Source: an uncultured Planctomycetota bacterium
GTDB lineage: Bacteria; Planctomycetota; PLA2; JAEUHO01
DNA: 64,000 bases
Reading direction: 5' to 3'
Assembly (NCBI GenBank): GCA_963752285.1
Contig: CAVVXN010000001.1
Span: 256,001 to 320,000, forward strand
Below are positions 36,706 through 47,233 of the stretch, piece after piece (the first letter of the stretch is position 1; each line of letters opens with the position of its first letter). The position numbers and the translations under genes were made by a program. The notes beneath the pieces were generated by a model, which was not told the DNA's origin, did not search any database, and was given only the letters and a program-made list of their open reading frames with translations.

Positions 36706-38946
36706 ATGCGTCCCGGCCGCCTTGCTCTCTCCCTGTTCACCACGCTCCTCGCCTCCTCGCTCGTCGCGGCCGAGTCCGCGCGCGCCGAGGGTCTGCTCGT
36801 CGGGCGGTCGGTGGACGGCCGCTTTGTGCCCGACGCGGGAGGCGCCGCGGGGCCCATCGCCCTCGCGTCGCGCCACGTGACCGTGTCGATCGACGGGCCG
36901 GTCGCCTCCGTGACGGTGGACCAGCGGTTCGAGAACCGGACCGATCGGCGGCTCGAGGCGGACTACCTCTTTCCGCTCCCCGAGGGCGCGGCGCTCTCGG
37001 GCTTCGCCATGACGCTCGGCGGTCGGAAGGTCGAGGGCGAGGTGATGGACGCCGCCGCGGCGCGACAGGTCTACGAGAGCATCGTGCGGCGGCGCCGCGA
37101 CCCCGGTCTCCTCGAGTACCTCGGCCGAGGCCTGTTCCGCGCGCGCGTGTTCCCGATCGAGCCCCGCGGCGCCGTGGAGGTCCGGCTCTCGTTCCAGCAA
37201 GTCCTCCCCGACGACGACGGCACCCTCGAGCTCCGCTATCCGCTCGCCGTCCGCGGCGCCGACGCGGCGACGGGCGAGGTGGTGGTCGACGTGACCGCGA
37301 AGGAGCCCGTCCCGATCCGCGCGGTCTACAGCCCGTCCCATCCGGTGGCGGTCGTCCGCCGGAGCGAGACGGAGGTCCGCGCCACGTTCGAGTCCACCGG
37401 GCCCTCGTCGCGCGACTTCCTCCTCTACGTCGGCCGGAGCCACGAGGACGTCGGGTTCTCGGTGGTGAGCGAGAAGCCGGCCGGCGCGGACGGGACGTTC
37501 CTCGCGATCCTCGCGCCCTCCCCGAAGGCGCCCACGGAGCCGGTGCCGAAGGACGTGGTGTTCGTGCTCGACACGAGCGGCTCGATGGAGGACGACGGGA
37601 AGATCGACCAGGCGCGCCGTGCACTCTCCTACGGTCTGGGGCTGCTCCGGCCGGAAGACCGCTTCGCCCTCGTCGCGTTCTCCATCCAGCCCCGCACCTT
37701 CCGCGCCGCCCTCCTCCCCGCGAGTCCCGAGAACCGGGACGCGGCCCGGGCCTGGCTCGACGGCCTCCGCGCAGAGGGCGGCACCGACCTCGCCGGCGGG
37801 CTCGTGACGGCGCTCGGAATGGTGGACGCGAAACGGATGTCGATGCTCGTCCTCCTGAGCGACGGCCGGCCGACGGTCGGCGTCACCGCGCCCGATGCGG
37901 TCGTGAAGGCGGTGCGCGACGCGGACGCGCGCCACGCGCGCGTCTTCACGTTCGGCGTGGGCTTCGACCTCGACGTCCAGCTCCTCGACCGCATCGCCGA
38001 GACGACGCGCGGCGCCCGCGACTACGTCCAGCCGAGGGAGGAGCTCGAGATCGCCACGAGTCGCTTCTTCCGCAAGGTCGTGGACCCCGTGCTGACGGAC
38101 GTCCGCGTGGACCTCGGCGAGGGCGCGTACGACGTGTACCCGACCGAGATCCCCGACCTCTTCTCGGGCGGCGAGGTCGTGCTCATGGGGCGCTACCACG
38201 AGGCGGGACCGCGGCGCATCGTGCTGCGCGGCCGCGCCGGCGACCTGGAGGTGGCGCACACGTACGAGGTGCGATTCCGCGCCGACGAGAAGGCCCCGTT
38301 CCTCCCGCGCCTGTGGGCGCAGCGCAAGGTCGCGTACCTCCTCGACGAGATCCGACTCCACGGAGACGAGCCCGAGCTCGTGCAGTCCGTGAAGGAGCTC
38401 GGCGTCGCGTACGCGATCGTCACGCCCTACACCGCGAACCTCGTGACCGACGACGCCGAGCTCGGAAGCTCGAGCGCCCGGCCGACACCGCCCGCGCACC
38501 ACGGCCTCGGCGGCCCCTTCCGCGCCCCCGGCGGCACGGTCCCGCCCGGGCTGCGCCGGCCGAGCGACCCGACGCCGGCGCCCCCGTCGCCGCCGAGCGC
38601 ACCGTCGCCCGCCGGGCCGACGACGCCGACGGTCCCGCCGCCGGCGACGACGCCCGCCTCGCGTCCGACCGACGTCTCGAAGCGCATCCGCGACGCCAAG
38701 GAGCGCGCGCGCGAGGGCGAGGACGCGAACGTCCGGACGGCCGGAGGCCACACCTTCGTCTTCCGCGGCGGGCGCTGGGTGGACACGAACTTCGACGAGA
38801 AGGCGAAACCGATCCGCGTCGTGGCGTTCTCCGACGCCTGGACCGAGCTCCTCCGAGAGGACGTGCGGATCGCGGCGATCCTCGCGCTCGGCGACCGGGT
38901 CGACTTCGTGTGGAGGGACCAGGCGTACCGCGTCGAGCCCGAGTGA
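36706..38946 (+). CDS. Exported VIT + VWA domain protein (inter-alpha-trypsin-inhibitor-like)
   Basis: VTVDQRFEN..LEADYLFPLP..DPGLLEY (VIT); VVFVLDTSGSM, GGTD, LLSDGRPT (MIDAS); LWAQRKVAYL, IVTPYT. Confidence 0.9.
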   Translation: MRPGRLALSLFTTLLASSLVAAESARAEGLLVGRSVDGRFVPDAGGAAGPIALASRHVTVSIDGPVASVTVDQRFENRTDRRLEADYLFPLPEGAALSGFAMTLGGRKVEGEVMDAAAARQVYESIVRRRRDPGLLEYLGRGLFRARVFPIEPRGAVEVRLSFQQVLPDDDGTLELRYPLAVRGADAATGEVVVDVTAKEPVPIRAVYSPSHPVAVVRRSETEVRATFESTGPSSRDFLLYVGRSHEDVGFSVVSEKPAGADGTFLAILAPSPKAPTEPVPKDVVFVLDTSGSMEDDGKIDQARRALSYGLGLLRPEDRFALVAFSIQPRTFRAALLPASPENRDAARAWLDGLRAEGGTDLAGGLVTALGMVDAKRMSMLVLLSDGRPTVGVTAPDAVVKAVRDADARHARVFTFGVGFDLDVQLLDRIAETTRGARDYVQPREELEIATSRFFRKVVDPVLTDVRVDLGEGAYDVYPTEIPDLFSGGEVVLMGRYHEAGPRRIVLRGRAGDLEVAHTYEVRFRADEKAPFLPRLWAQRKVAYLLDEIRLHGDEPELVQSVKELGVAYAIVTPYTANLVTDDAELGSSSARPTPPAHHGLGGPFRAPGGTVPPGLRRPSDPTPAPPSPPSAPSPAGPTTPTVPPPATTPASRPTDVSKRIRDAKERAREGEDANVRTAGGHTFVFRGGRWVDTNFDEKAKPIRVVAFSDAWTELLREDVRIAAILALGDRVDFVWRDQAYRVEPE

Positions 38947-38959
38947 GGCCGCGCCGCCG

Positions 38960-40435
38960 TCAGGTCAGGGCGCGGCGCACGGCCGCGAGCCAGCGCGCGC
39001 GGTGGGACGCCGCCTCGGCCTCGCTCATCTCGGGCTCGAAGCGGCGGTCCACCGCCCAGCGTCGGGCCACCTCGGAGCGGTCCTTCCACACGCCGACGGC
39101 GAGGCCGGCCAGATAGGCCGCGCCGAGGGCCGTCGTCTCCGTCACCCTCGGGCGCACGACGGGCACCTGGAGGAAATCGGCCTGCATCTGGAGGAGCAGG
39201 TCGTCCCGCGCCGCGCCGCCGTCGACGCGCAGCTCCGCGAGCGGGATCTTCGTGTCGGCCGTCATCGCGTCGGCGACGTCCGCGACCTGGAGCGCGATCG
39301 ACTCGAGCGCCGCGCGCGCGAGGTGCGCCCGCGTCGTCCCGCGTGTGATCCCCGTCAAGAGCCCCCGCGCGTCGGGCGCCCAGTGCGGCGCGCCGAGGCC
39401 CGTGAAGGCCGGGACGAGCACGACCCCGCCCGTGTCGGGCACCGACCGCGCGAGGGCCTCGACGTCCGCGGCCTTCGCCACGATCCCCAGCCCGTCGCGA
39501 AGCCACTGCACCACCGAGCCTCCCGCGAACACGCTGCCCTCGAGCGCGTGCTCCGTCCGTCCCTCGATGCGCCACGCGACGGTCGTGAGGAGACGCTTCG
39601 TGGACCGCGGCGCGTCCGTACCGGTCTGGAGCAGGAGGAAGCAGCCCGTCCCGTACGTGTTCTTCGCCTGCCCCTTCTCGAAGCAGGCCTCGCCGAAGAG
39701 CGCGGCCTGCTGGTCGCCGGCGATCCCCGCGATCGGGATTCCGGCGAGCCCCTCGGCGGTCGTCTCGGCGAGCACGCCCGAGGAGGAGACGACCTTCGGC
39801 AAGGTCGACGTCGGCACGCGGAGGAGCTCGGCGAGCTCCTCGCTCCACCCGTCCGTCTCCAGGTCGTAGAGGAGCGTCCGCGAGGCGTTGCTCGCGTCCG
39901 TCGCGTGGACGCGTCCGCCGGTCAGGCGCCACACGAGCCAGGCGTCGATCGTCCCGAAGCAGAGCTCGCCGGCCTCGGCGCGGGCCCGCGCGCCGTCCAC
40001 GTGGTCGAGGATCCAGGCCACCTTCGTGGCCGAGAAGTACGGGTCGGCCCGAAGCCCCGTGCGGGCCTGGAGGAGCGGCTCCTGCCCCCCGGCCACGAGA
40101 TCGGCGCAGACGCGCGCCGTCCGCCGGTCCTGCCACACGATCGCGGGGTGGATCGGGCGGCCCGTGTCGCGCTCCCACACGACCGCGGTCTCCCGCTGAT
40201 TCGTGATGCCGAGCGCCGCGACGTCCCCCGGGCGAAGACCGGCCTTCCCGAGCGCCGCCACGGCCGTCCGGAGCTGGCCCGTCCAGATCGCCTCCGGGTC
40301 GTGCTCCACCCAGCCGGGCGCGGGGAAGCGCTGGGGGAGCTCCTCCTGGGCCACGGCCACGGCCCGGGCGTCGGCGTCGAAGACGATCGCGCGGCTGCTC
40401 GTCGTTCCCTGGTCGAGCGCGAGGACGTACGACAC
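38960..40435 (-). CDS. glpK: Glycerol kinase
   Basis: [64 protein letters not shown]. Confidence 0.97.
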   Translation of the reverse strand: MSYVLALDQGTTSSRAIVFDADARAVAVAQEELPQRFPAPGWVEHDPEAIWTGQLRTAVAALGKAGLRPGDVAALGITNQRETAVVWERDTGRPIHPAIVWQDRRTARVCADLVAGGQEPLLQARTGLRADPYFSATKVAWILDHVDGARARAEAGELCFGTIDAWLVWRLTGGRVHATDASNASRTLLYDLETDGWSEELAELLRVPTSTLPKVVSSSGVLAETTAEGLAGIPIAGIAGDQQAALFGEACFEKGQAKNTYGTGCFLLLQTGTDAPRSTKRLLTTVAWRIEGRTEHALEGSVFAGGSVVQWLRDGLGIVAKAADVEALARSVPDTGGVVLVPAFTGLGAPHWAPDARGLLTGITRGTTRAHLARAALESIALQVADVADAMTADTKIPLAELRVDGGAARDDLLLQMQADFLQVPVVRPRVTETTALGAAYLAGLAVGVWKDRSEVARRWAVDRRFEPEMSEAEAASHRARWLAAVRRALT

Positions 40436-40446
40436 GCGACCCTCCC

Positions 40447-42009
40447 TCACCCGAGGACGTAGCCGCGCGCGTTCGCGCAAAAGGCCGAGACTTCCGCCTC
40501 CGCCCACGCGCCGTCCCGCCCGAGCTCCCGGGCGAGGATCGCCGCGACGCGCGGCGCCGCCTCCATGGCCGCCCGCGCGTCGAGCAGGAGCGACCGGGTC
40601 CGCCGCGCGAGCACGTCGTCCACCGTGCGCGCCATCTCCTCGCGCGCCGCCCAGACGACCTCGGCGAGGACGACCGGCAGCCGCGGGTGGAGCCGCTCCG
40701 CGAGGGTGGGATCGGCCGTCGCGAGCGCGAGCACGTCCTCCGCGTCCGAGCCGTACACCGCGAGGTCCCCGTGGCGGTCGGCGTGCTCGTCCCACCCGTG
40801 GACGTCGAGGTGCTCGGTCGGGCACGGCCGCGGCTCGAGGTCGGCGAGGCACGCCGCGTGGTCCACGACGTCCTGGGCCATCCGGCGGTACGTCGTCCAC
40901 TTCCCTCCCGCGACCGTGACCAGCCCGCCCGCCGAGACCTCGATCGTGTGCTCGCGCGAGAGCGTCGCCGTGCGGCCGTCCTCGCCGTCCGACACGAGCG
41001 GCCGGATGCCCACGAAGACCGACAGCACGTCGGCGGGCGAGGGGTCCTTCGCGAGGTACCTCGCCGCGGTCGAGAGCAGGAACTCGATCTCCTCCTCGTG
41101 CGGCCGGGGCTCGAGCACGACCTCGTCGATCGGCGTGTCCGTCGTCCCGACGACGACCCGTCCGTGCCACGGAATCGCGAAGAGCACGCGCCGGTCCTCC
41201 GTGCGCGGGACCATGATCGCCGCGTCGCCGGGCAGGAACGCGCGGTCGAGGACGAGGTGCACGCCCTGGCTCGGCCGGATGATCGGCGCGGCACGGGGGT
41301 CGTCCATCCGGCGTACGCCGTCGGCGAACGCGCCCGTCGCGTTCACGACGCAGCGCGCGTAGACGGTCAACTCCTCGCCCGTCTCTTCGTCGCGCGCGCG
41401 CACGCCCTCGACGAGCCCGGCCGACGACTTGAGGAGGCCCGTGACCCGCACGTAGCTCGCGAGGATCGCGCCCCGCTCCGCGGCGGTCCGTGCGAGGTGC
41501 ACGAGGAGGCGGCTGTCGTCGAAGAGCGCGTCGTGGTACACGACGCCGCCCCGCAGGCCCTGGGTCTCGATCGTCGGGATGCGTCGGTGGACCTCTTCCT
41601 TCGAGAGGAGGTGGCTCGGCCCGAACCCGTACCGCCCCGCGAGGACGTCGTAGACCTTCATCCCGATGCCGTAGAACGGCGCCTCCCACCACTCGTAGCT
41701 CGGCACCACGAACGCGAGGTCCCGGACGAGGTGCGGAGCGTTCCGGCGCAGGATCCCCCGCTCCTCGAGCGCCTCCTTCACGAGCGAGATGTTGCCCTGG
41801 CGGAGGTACCGCACGCCGCCGTGCACGAGCTTCGTGCTCCGGCTGGAGGTGCCCTTTCCGAAGTCGCTCTGCTCGAGCAGCGCGACGCGGTAGCCGCGCG
41901 CCGCGGCATCGACCGCGGCGCCGACCCCGGTGGCGCCGCCGCCCACGACGACGAGGTCGAACGCGTGGGTCTCGGACCGGAGGCGTTCGAGCATCTCCTC
42001 GCGGTTCAC
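40447..42009 (-). CDS. glpD: FAD-dependent glycerol-3-phosphate dehydrogenase
   Basis: [52 protein letters not shown]. Confidence 0.95.
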   Translation of the reverse strand: MNREEMLERLRSETHAFDLVVVGGGATGVGAAVDAAARGYRVALLEQSDFGKGTSSRSTKLVHGGVRYLRQGNISLVKEALEERGILRRNAPHLVRDLAFVVPSYEWWEAPFYGIGMKVYDVLAGRYGFGPSHLLSKEEVHRRIPTIETQGLRGGVVYHDALFDDSRLLVHLARTAAERGAILASYVRVTGLLKSSAGLVEGVRARDEETGEELTVYARCVVNATGAFADGVRRMDDPRAAPIIRPSQGVHLVLDRAFLPGDAAIMVPRTEDRRVLFAIPWHGRVVVGTTDTPIDEVVLEPRPHEEEIEFLLSTAARYLAKDPSPADVLSVFVGIRPLVSDGEDGRTATLSREHTIEVSAGGLVTVAGGKWTTYRRMAQDVVDHAACLADLEPRPCPTEHLDVHGWDEHADRHGDLAVYGSDAEDVLALATADPTLAERLHPRLPVVLAEVVWAAREEMARTVDDVLARRTRSLLLDARAAMEAAPRVAAILARELGRDGAWAEAEVSAFCANARGYVLG

Positions 42010-42782
42010 GAGCGGCTCCCGACCACGTCCGCGAGGAGCCGCACCTCGTTCGTGAAGAGGCCGAGGACGCCCCAGTCGAGGAGCCTGTTCATGCGGGGCG
42101 CGTCGTCCACCGTGTACGGAACGACGGGGACGCTCCGCTCGGCGACGCGGCGGACCTCGCCCTCCACGAGTCGCGACGCGTCGGGCGCGAGCCACGAGGC
42201 GCCGGTCGCCTCGAGCACCGCCGCGAGCGCATCGGCCGACGGCACCCGGTCCACGAGCAGCACCCGGGGGACGGCCGGCGCCGCCGCGGCGAGATGCGCG
42301 AGGAGCCCCGTGTCGAACGACGAGAGGACGACCCGACCGTCGAGTCGCACCTTGTGCACCAGCCGGAGGACCTCCCGCGCGAGCATGTGCGCCCGGGCCT
42401 CGCCCTCCTCCTCCTCGACCTTCAGCTCGAGGTCGAACACGACCCGATCGCCGTAGAGGGCGAGGGCCGTCTCGAGCAGGGGAACGCGCGTCCGTCGCCA
42501 CGCGGGACCGTACCAGGACCCGGCGTCGAGGCGTTCCACCGCCGCGAGGTCCATCTGCGAGACGCGTCCCGTCCCGTCCGCCGTGCGGTCCACGGTCGGG
42601 TCGTGGAGGCAGACGGCCACGCCGTCCGCCGTGAGTCGAACGTCCGTCTCGACCACGTGCGCCCCGGCGCGGATCGCGGCCTCGAACGAGGCGAGCGTGT
42701 TCTCGGGGGCGCGTCCCGCGTACCCGCGATGCCCGATCACCCAGGGCGGCGGGGCGAGCGGCAGGCCGTTCCACGGGCACAT
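42006..42782 (-). CDS. glpQ: Glycerophosphodiester phosphodiesterase
   Basis: [45 protein letters not shown]. Confidence 0.9.
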   Translation of the reverse strand: MCPWNGLPLAPPPWVIGHRGYAGRAPENTLASFEAAIRAGAHVVETDVRLTADGVAVCLHDPTVDRTADGTGRVSQMDLAAVERLDAGSWYGPAWRRTRVPLLETALALYGDRVVFDLELKVEEEEGEARAHMLAREVLRLVHKVRLDGRVVLSSFDTGLLAHLAAAAPAVPRVLLVDRVPSADALAAVLEATGASWLAPDASRLVEGEVRRVAERSVPVVPYTVDDAPRMNRLLDWGVLGLFTNEVRLLADVVGSRS

Positions 42783-42865
42783 GGGGTCAGCCTACCCGCC
42801 CGCGGACCGCGCGGCGCGCTCCGCGTCTTGCGGGGAACGCGGACCCCGGCGAGAGTGGTCCCCGG

Positions 42866-44308
42866 ATGAGCAGCTGTCCCCTCGCCACCTCGATCGCGCT
42901 GTGGGGCGCGCTGATCTCCGCCCTCCACCTCCTCGGACTCCTGACCGCGGGCCACGCGGTCATGACGGTCAGGACCTCGCAGGGAGCGATCGCCTGGGCG
43001 ATGGTGCTCGTCGTCTTCCCCTACCTCTCGATCCCGCTCTACTGGGTGTTCGGGCGGAACCGGTTCTACGGCTACGTCGATGCTCGCCGCGCAGGGGACC
43101 GCGAGCTCCGTCACCTGTCCGAGGTGCTGTCGAAGCAGGCGCCGCGACACCTGGCCTACCTCACGGACGACCACGGCGACGTCCGGGCGCTCCAGGCCCT
43201 CGCGCGGATGCCCTTCACGCGCGGGAACTCCGCGCGGCTCCTCGTGAACGGCCCCGCCACGTTCTCGGCCATCTTCGAGGCGATCGAGGCCGCCACGTCG
43301 TACGTGCTCGTCCAGTACTTCATCATCCACGACGACCACCTGGGCCGGGAGCTCCGCGACCGACTGGTCAAGAAGGCGCGCGCGGGCCTACGCGTCTACG
43401 TGCTCTACGACGAGATCGGCAGCCACGACCTCCCGTCCTCGTACGTGCGCTCGCTCCGGGCGGCCGGCGTCGAGGTGCACCGCTTCGGGACGACGCGCGG
43501 ACGGTGGAACCGGTTCCAGCTCAACTTCCGGAACCACCGGAAGACCGTCGTGGTGGACGGGCGCGTGGCGTTCGTGGGCGGTCTCAACGTCGGGGACGAG
43601 TACATGGGGAAGAACCCCCGCATCGGCGCCTGGCGTGACACCGACGTCTGCGTCGAGGGCCCCTGCGTCCAGGGCATCCAGCTGGCCTTCGTCGAGGACT
43701 GGTGGTGGGCGACGCACGCCCTCCCCGAGCTCGACTGGACGCTGCGTACGGCTCCGGACGGCGACGTGAGCGTGCTCGTGCTGCCCTCCGGTCCGGCCGA
43801 CGACGTCGATACGTGCGCCCTCATGTACGTCCACGCGATCCACGCGGCGCGCCGCCGGCTCTGGATCGCCAGCCCGTACTTCGTGCCCGACCGCGACGTG
43901 ATCTCGGCCCTGCAGATCGCGGTGCTCCGCGGCGTGGACGTACGCGTGATCCTGCCCGACGAGCCCGACCACTGGCTCGTGTACCTTTCCTCGTTCTCCT
44001 TCCTGGAGGAGACCGAACGCGTCGGCGTCCAGGTCTACCGGCAGGGCGGCGGATTCATGCACCACAAGATCCTGGTGGGCGACGACTTCGCCATGGTCGG
44101 CACCGCGAACTTCGACAACCGGTCGTTCCGCCTGAACTTCGAGATGACGCTCGTGTTCTCGCACGGCCCCTTCGCGGACGAGGTCGGAGCGATGCTCGAG
44201 CGCGACCTGGCGTCGTGCACGCGCGCGCGGTCCGAGGACCTCAGCCGACGGTCGTTCCCCTTCCGCCTCGCGGTGCGCGTGGCGCGGCTTCTCGCGCCGA
44301 TCCAGTGA
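42866..44308 (+). CDS. cls: Cardiolipin synthase
   Basis: Two N-terminal TM helices; two HKD motifs, RNHRKTVVVDG and HHKILVGD..GTANFDNRS; SPYFVPD. Confidence 0.95.
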   Translation: MSSCPLATSIALWGALISALHLLGLLTAGHAVMTVRTSQGAIAWAMVLVVFPYLSIPLYWVFGRNRFYGYVDARRAGDRELRHLSEVLSKQAPRHLAYLTDDHGDVRALQALARMPFTRGNSARLLVNGPATFSAIFEAIEAATSYVLVQYFIIHDDHLGRELRDRLVKKARAGLRVYVLYDEIGSHDLPSSYVRSLRAAGVEVHRFGTTRGRWNRFQLNFRNHRKTVVVDGRVAFVGGLNVGDEYMGKNPRIGAWRDTDVCVEGPCVQGIQLAFVEDWWWATHALPELDWTLRTAPDGDVSVLVLPSGPADDVDTCALMYVHAIHAARRRLWIASPYFVPDRDVISALQIAVLRGVDVRVILPDEPDHWLVYLSSFSFLEETERVGVQVYRQGGGFMHHKILVGDDFAMVGTANFDNRSFRLNFEMTLVFSHGPFADEVGAMLERDLASCTRARSEDLSRRSFPFRLAVRVARLLAPIQ

Positions 44309-44317
44309 GGCGTTCGG

Positions 44318-44713
44318 CTACTTCGGGGAGCAGAGCGGCGGAAGTTGCCCCGCCTCCGTACACCACACTCGACGGACCGCGACGACTACGCCCTGGACCC
44401 GCACGCCCGGCGCGGCGCGGCGGTCGAACGCGGGATGACCCATCGAGAGGCGCATCCCCTCGGCGTCGGGGAACACCTTGTAGAGCGTGGCGGGGCCGTT
44501 CCCCTCGATCACGGCCGCGAGGTCCCCGTGCTCCGCCGCCTCCTGGCGGTGGAGGACGACCTCGTCGCCGTCGCGCACGCCGAGGTCCCTCAGACCGTCG
44601 CCCGCGACGCGCGCGAGGACCACGCCTCGCCCCGGCGCGAAGGGGCTCGGGCGCTCCGAGCGCTCGAGGCGTACGGGCGAGGGACCGCGGCGGTCGGCGT
44701 CGGGCGAGGTCAC
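44318..44713 (-). CDS. Stand-alone LexA/UmuD-like peptidase S24 domain, catalytically degenerate
   Basis: RVAGDGLRDLGVRDGDEVVLHRQEAAEHGDLAAV...ATLYK...RVQGVVVAVRR aligns to the LexA C-terminal domain; in-frame TAG at 44723-44725 rules out an N-terminal HTH. Confidence 0.72.
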   Translation of the reverse strand: MTSPDADRRGPSPVRLERSERPSPFAPGRGVVLARVAGDGLRDLGVRDGDEVVLHRQEAAEHGDLAAVIEGNGPATLYKVFPDAEGMRLSMGHPAFDRRAAPGVRVQGVVVAVRRVWCTEAGQLPPLCSPK

Positions 44714-44784
44714 GACGACAGGCTAACAAGTGGCTACGACACCGAGCCTCCCGCGGAAGGGCGTGGGGCCCTATCTTCCGCACG

Positions 44785-47055
44785 GTGACCCACCTGCGGA
44801 TCCGCGTCCTCGTCCTCGCCCTCGCGATCGGCGTCGCGCTCGGGCTCGGGTCCGGGACCCCGGCGACGGCCGGCGGGGTCGCGGGCCTCGTCGCCCTGCC
44901 GGGCTGGGCGTGGCGGCCGGGCCACGCCACGCTCGTCCGTGAGACCGTCGTCGATCGGCGCCAGGTCCTCGAGGAGATGAACGTCGCGTCGGGACGCGTC
45001 CACGAGCTGGCCGACCTCTCGGGGGCCCGGGCGCTCGGACCGCAGCACGCCGTGCCCGCCCGGCCGATCGGCCGCGCCGCGCGGCCCGATCTCGTGTGGT
45101 CGGAGGACGGGCGCGGGCTCGTCGTCGTGGCGCGGGGCGACCTCGTGTGGCTCGACCTCGAGGCGGACACCCCGCGCCGGCTCACGACGACCGACGCGCC
45201 GATCTCGGACATCCGCGTGGCGCCCGACGGTTCGGCGGTTGCGTTCGCGCGCGAACGCGACCTGTGGGTCGTCGCGACGTCCGGGGACGCACCTCCCCGC
45301 CGCCTGACGCGCGGCGGCCGCGAGGTACACCGCAACGCGGGCCTCGACTGGGTCTACCCCGAGGAGCTCGGTGCCGAGACGGGCGCGTGGTGGTCGCCCG
45401 ACGCGCGCCGCATCGCGTGGCTCCGGCTCGACGAGCAGGACGTGCGCCAGGTGCCGCTCCTTCGCACGACGCCCGGCGGCGAGATGGTGGAGCTCGTGCG
45501 CTACCCGCGCGCCGGCGAGACGAATCCGAGCCCCTCGGTCGCCGTCACGGACGTCGAGAGCGGCGAGACCACGCGGCTCGATCTCGGCACGCCTCGCCCG
45601 GAGTACGTGGCGCGCGTCACGTGGTTCCCCGACGGGCGACGGGTCGCGGTCACGGTGCTGGACCGCGCGCAGCGCGATCTCCGGCTCCTCGAGTGTCCGA
45701 TCGACGGACGTGCGCCGACGGTCGTGGTCGAAGAGCACGACGAGGCGTGGATCGACGTCCCACCCGACCCTCGCTTCCTCGACGACGGGCGCTTCCTCTG
45801 GCGGAGCGAACGCGACGGTCGGCGACGCTGGTACCTCGCGACGATCGCGCCCCACGGCGAGCCGGCCTCGCTCGTACCGCTCTCCGCCGCCGACGTCGAT
45901 GCCGACGCGGCGCTCCGCTACGACGATCGCGCCGGGCTCCTCGCGTACGAGGCCGAGGTGGACCGTGGCCTCAGGCGGCGACCGCTCGTGGGCCCCGACG
46001 GCGTGCCGGCGCCGTTCGCCCCGGGCGCGGACCTGGACGCGAGGGTGGCCCTCGACGCGTCGGGGCGGTGGGCGCTCGTCCGGTCGAGCCGGACCGACCG
46101 CCCGCCTCGCCTCGACCTCCGGGACGTGGAGGACGGCGCGGTGGTCCGGGTCCTCGGCGACGCGGCCGGTCCCCGCTTCGCGGCGGGGGCGCTCCCTCGG
46201 TTCGAGACCGGGATCGCGCCGTCCGGAGCGCCGCCGCTCGCCTGGCGACTGTGGCGACCCGCGGACCTCGACGAGACGACGCCGCACCCGCTCGTCGTGC
46301 ACGTCTACGGCGGCCCCGGAGCGCGCACGGTCGTCGACCGGTGGGACGCCGGCGAGATCGACCTCGTGGAGGCCCTCCTGGAGCGTGGGTTCCTCGTTCT
46401 GGAGGCCGACGGGCGCGGCGCGCGCGGCTTCGGCCGGGCCAACGTGCGCGCGGTCCTGGGGCGGCTCGGGATCCACGAGCTCGAAGACCAGGTGCGTGCG
46501 GTCGAGGCGGTCTCGTCCCGGGCCTACGTGGACGCCGGGCGCGTCGGCATCACGGGGTGGTCGTACGGCGGCACCATGACGTGCCTCGCCCTGACGCGAC
46601 GACCGGACGTGTTCCGCGCCGGCGTCGCGTTCGCGCCCGTCACCGACTGGCGGCTCTACGACACCATCTACACCGAGCGCTACATGGGGCGGCCCGAGGA
46701 CAACCAGGCCGGCTACGCCGAGAGCGCCGCGACCCGTGACGCCGCGAAGCTCTCGCGGCCCCTACTGATCCTCCATGGCGTCGCGGACGACAACGTCCAC
46801 GTCGCGAACGTGCTCGCGTTCGTCTCGGCCATGGGCACGAAGCCGTGCCCGAACCTCGAGACCATGGTCTACCCCGACGTCGGCCACGGCCTCGGCCGCT
46901 TCTACGCGGACGCCCACGCCCGCATGCTCGCGTTCCTCGTCCGGCACCTCGCACCCGCCGGACCGGCTGCGCCCGCCGAGCCGGCCTCGCCCGCGCGCCC
47001 CGCAAAGCGCGGCGCGGCCCCGGATCCCGCCCCCCTCGCCCCGTCCGCGCATTGA
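44785..47055 (+). CDS. Dipeptidyl peptidase IV / S9B family peptidase
   Basis: Signal peptide; DWVYPEE, WWSPD, YPRAG, VYGGP, GWSYGG, YDTIYTERYMG, HGVADDNVH, YPDVGHG. Confidence 0.92.
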   Translation: MTHLRIRVLVLALAIGVALGLGSGTPATAGGVAGLVALPGWAWRPGHATLVRETVVDRRQVLEEMNVASGRVHELADLSGARALGPQHAVPARPIGRAARPDLVWSEDGRGLVVVARGDLVWLDLEADTPRRLTTTDAPISDIRVAPDGSAVAFARERDLWVVATSGDAPPRRLTRGGREVHRNAGLDWVYPEELGAETGAWWSPDARRIAWLRLDEQDVRQVPLLRTTPGGEMVELVRYPRAGETNPSPSVAVTDVESGETTRLDLGTPRPEYVARVTWFPDGRRVAVTVLDRAQRDLRLLECPIDGRAPTVVVEEHDEAWIDVPPDPRFLDDGRFLWRSERDGRRRWYLATIAPHGEPASLVPLSAADVDADAALRYDDRAGLLAYEAEVDRGLRRRPLVGPDGVPAPFAPGADLDARVALDASGRWALVRSSRTDRPPRLDLRDVEDGAVVRVLGDAAGPRFAAGALPRFETGIAPSGAPPLAWRLWRPADLDETTPHPLVVHVYGGPGARTVVDRWDAGEIDLVEALLERGFLVLEADGRGARGFGRANVRAVLGRLGIHELEDQVRAVEAVSSRAYVDAGRVGITGWSYGGTMTCLALTRRPDVFRAGVAFAPVTDWRLYDTIYTERYMGRPEDNQAGYAESAATRDAAKLSRPLLILHGVADDNVHVANVLAFVSAMGTKPCPNLETMVYPDVGHGLGRFYADAHARMLAFLVRHLAPAGPAAPAEPASPARPAKRGAAPDPAPLAPSAH

Positions 47056-47233
47056 GGCCGCCGGGACGGCCCGTCCCGAGCCGCCCTTCGCCTGTCGGCG
47101 TCGCCGCCGAGGAGCGAGCGGGTCCTCGTCGCGATCCTGGCGTCGATCCGCCTCGTGCCCTCGGCCGCGGCCGTGTCGAGCGTACGCTCCACGGGCCCGA
47201 TCGCCTCGCAGGGCGCCGCGCCGCGCCGTGGCG

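Noticed and set aside
47056..47233. Hairpin (CGGGACGG..CCGTCCCG) between the convergent DPP-IV and rpsD genes as an intrinsic terminator
   Set aside because: There is no convincing U-tract, and GC stems are common here by chance.
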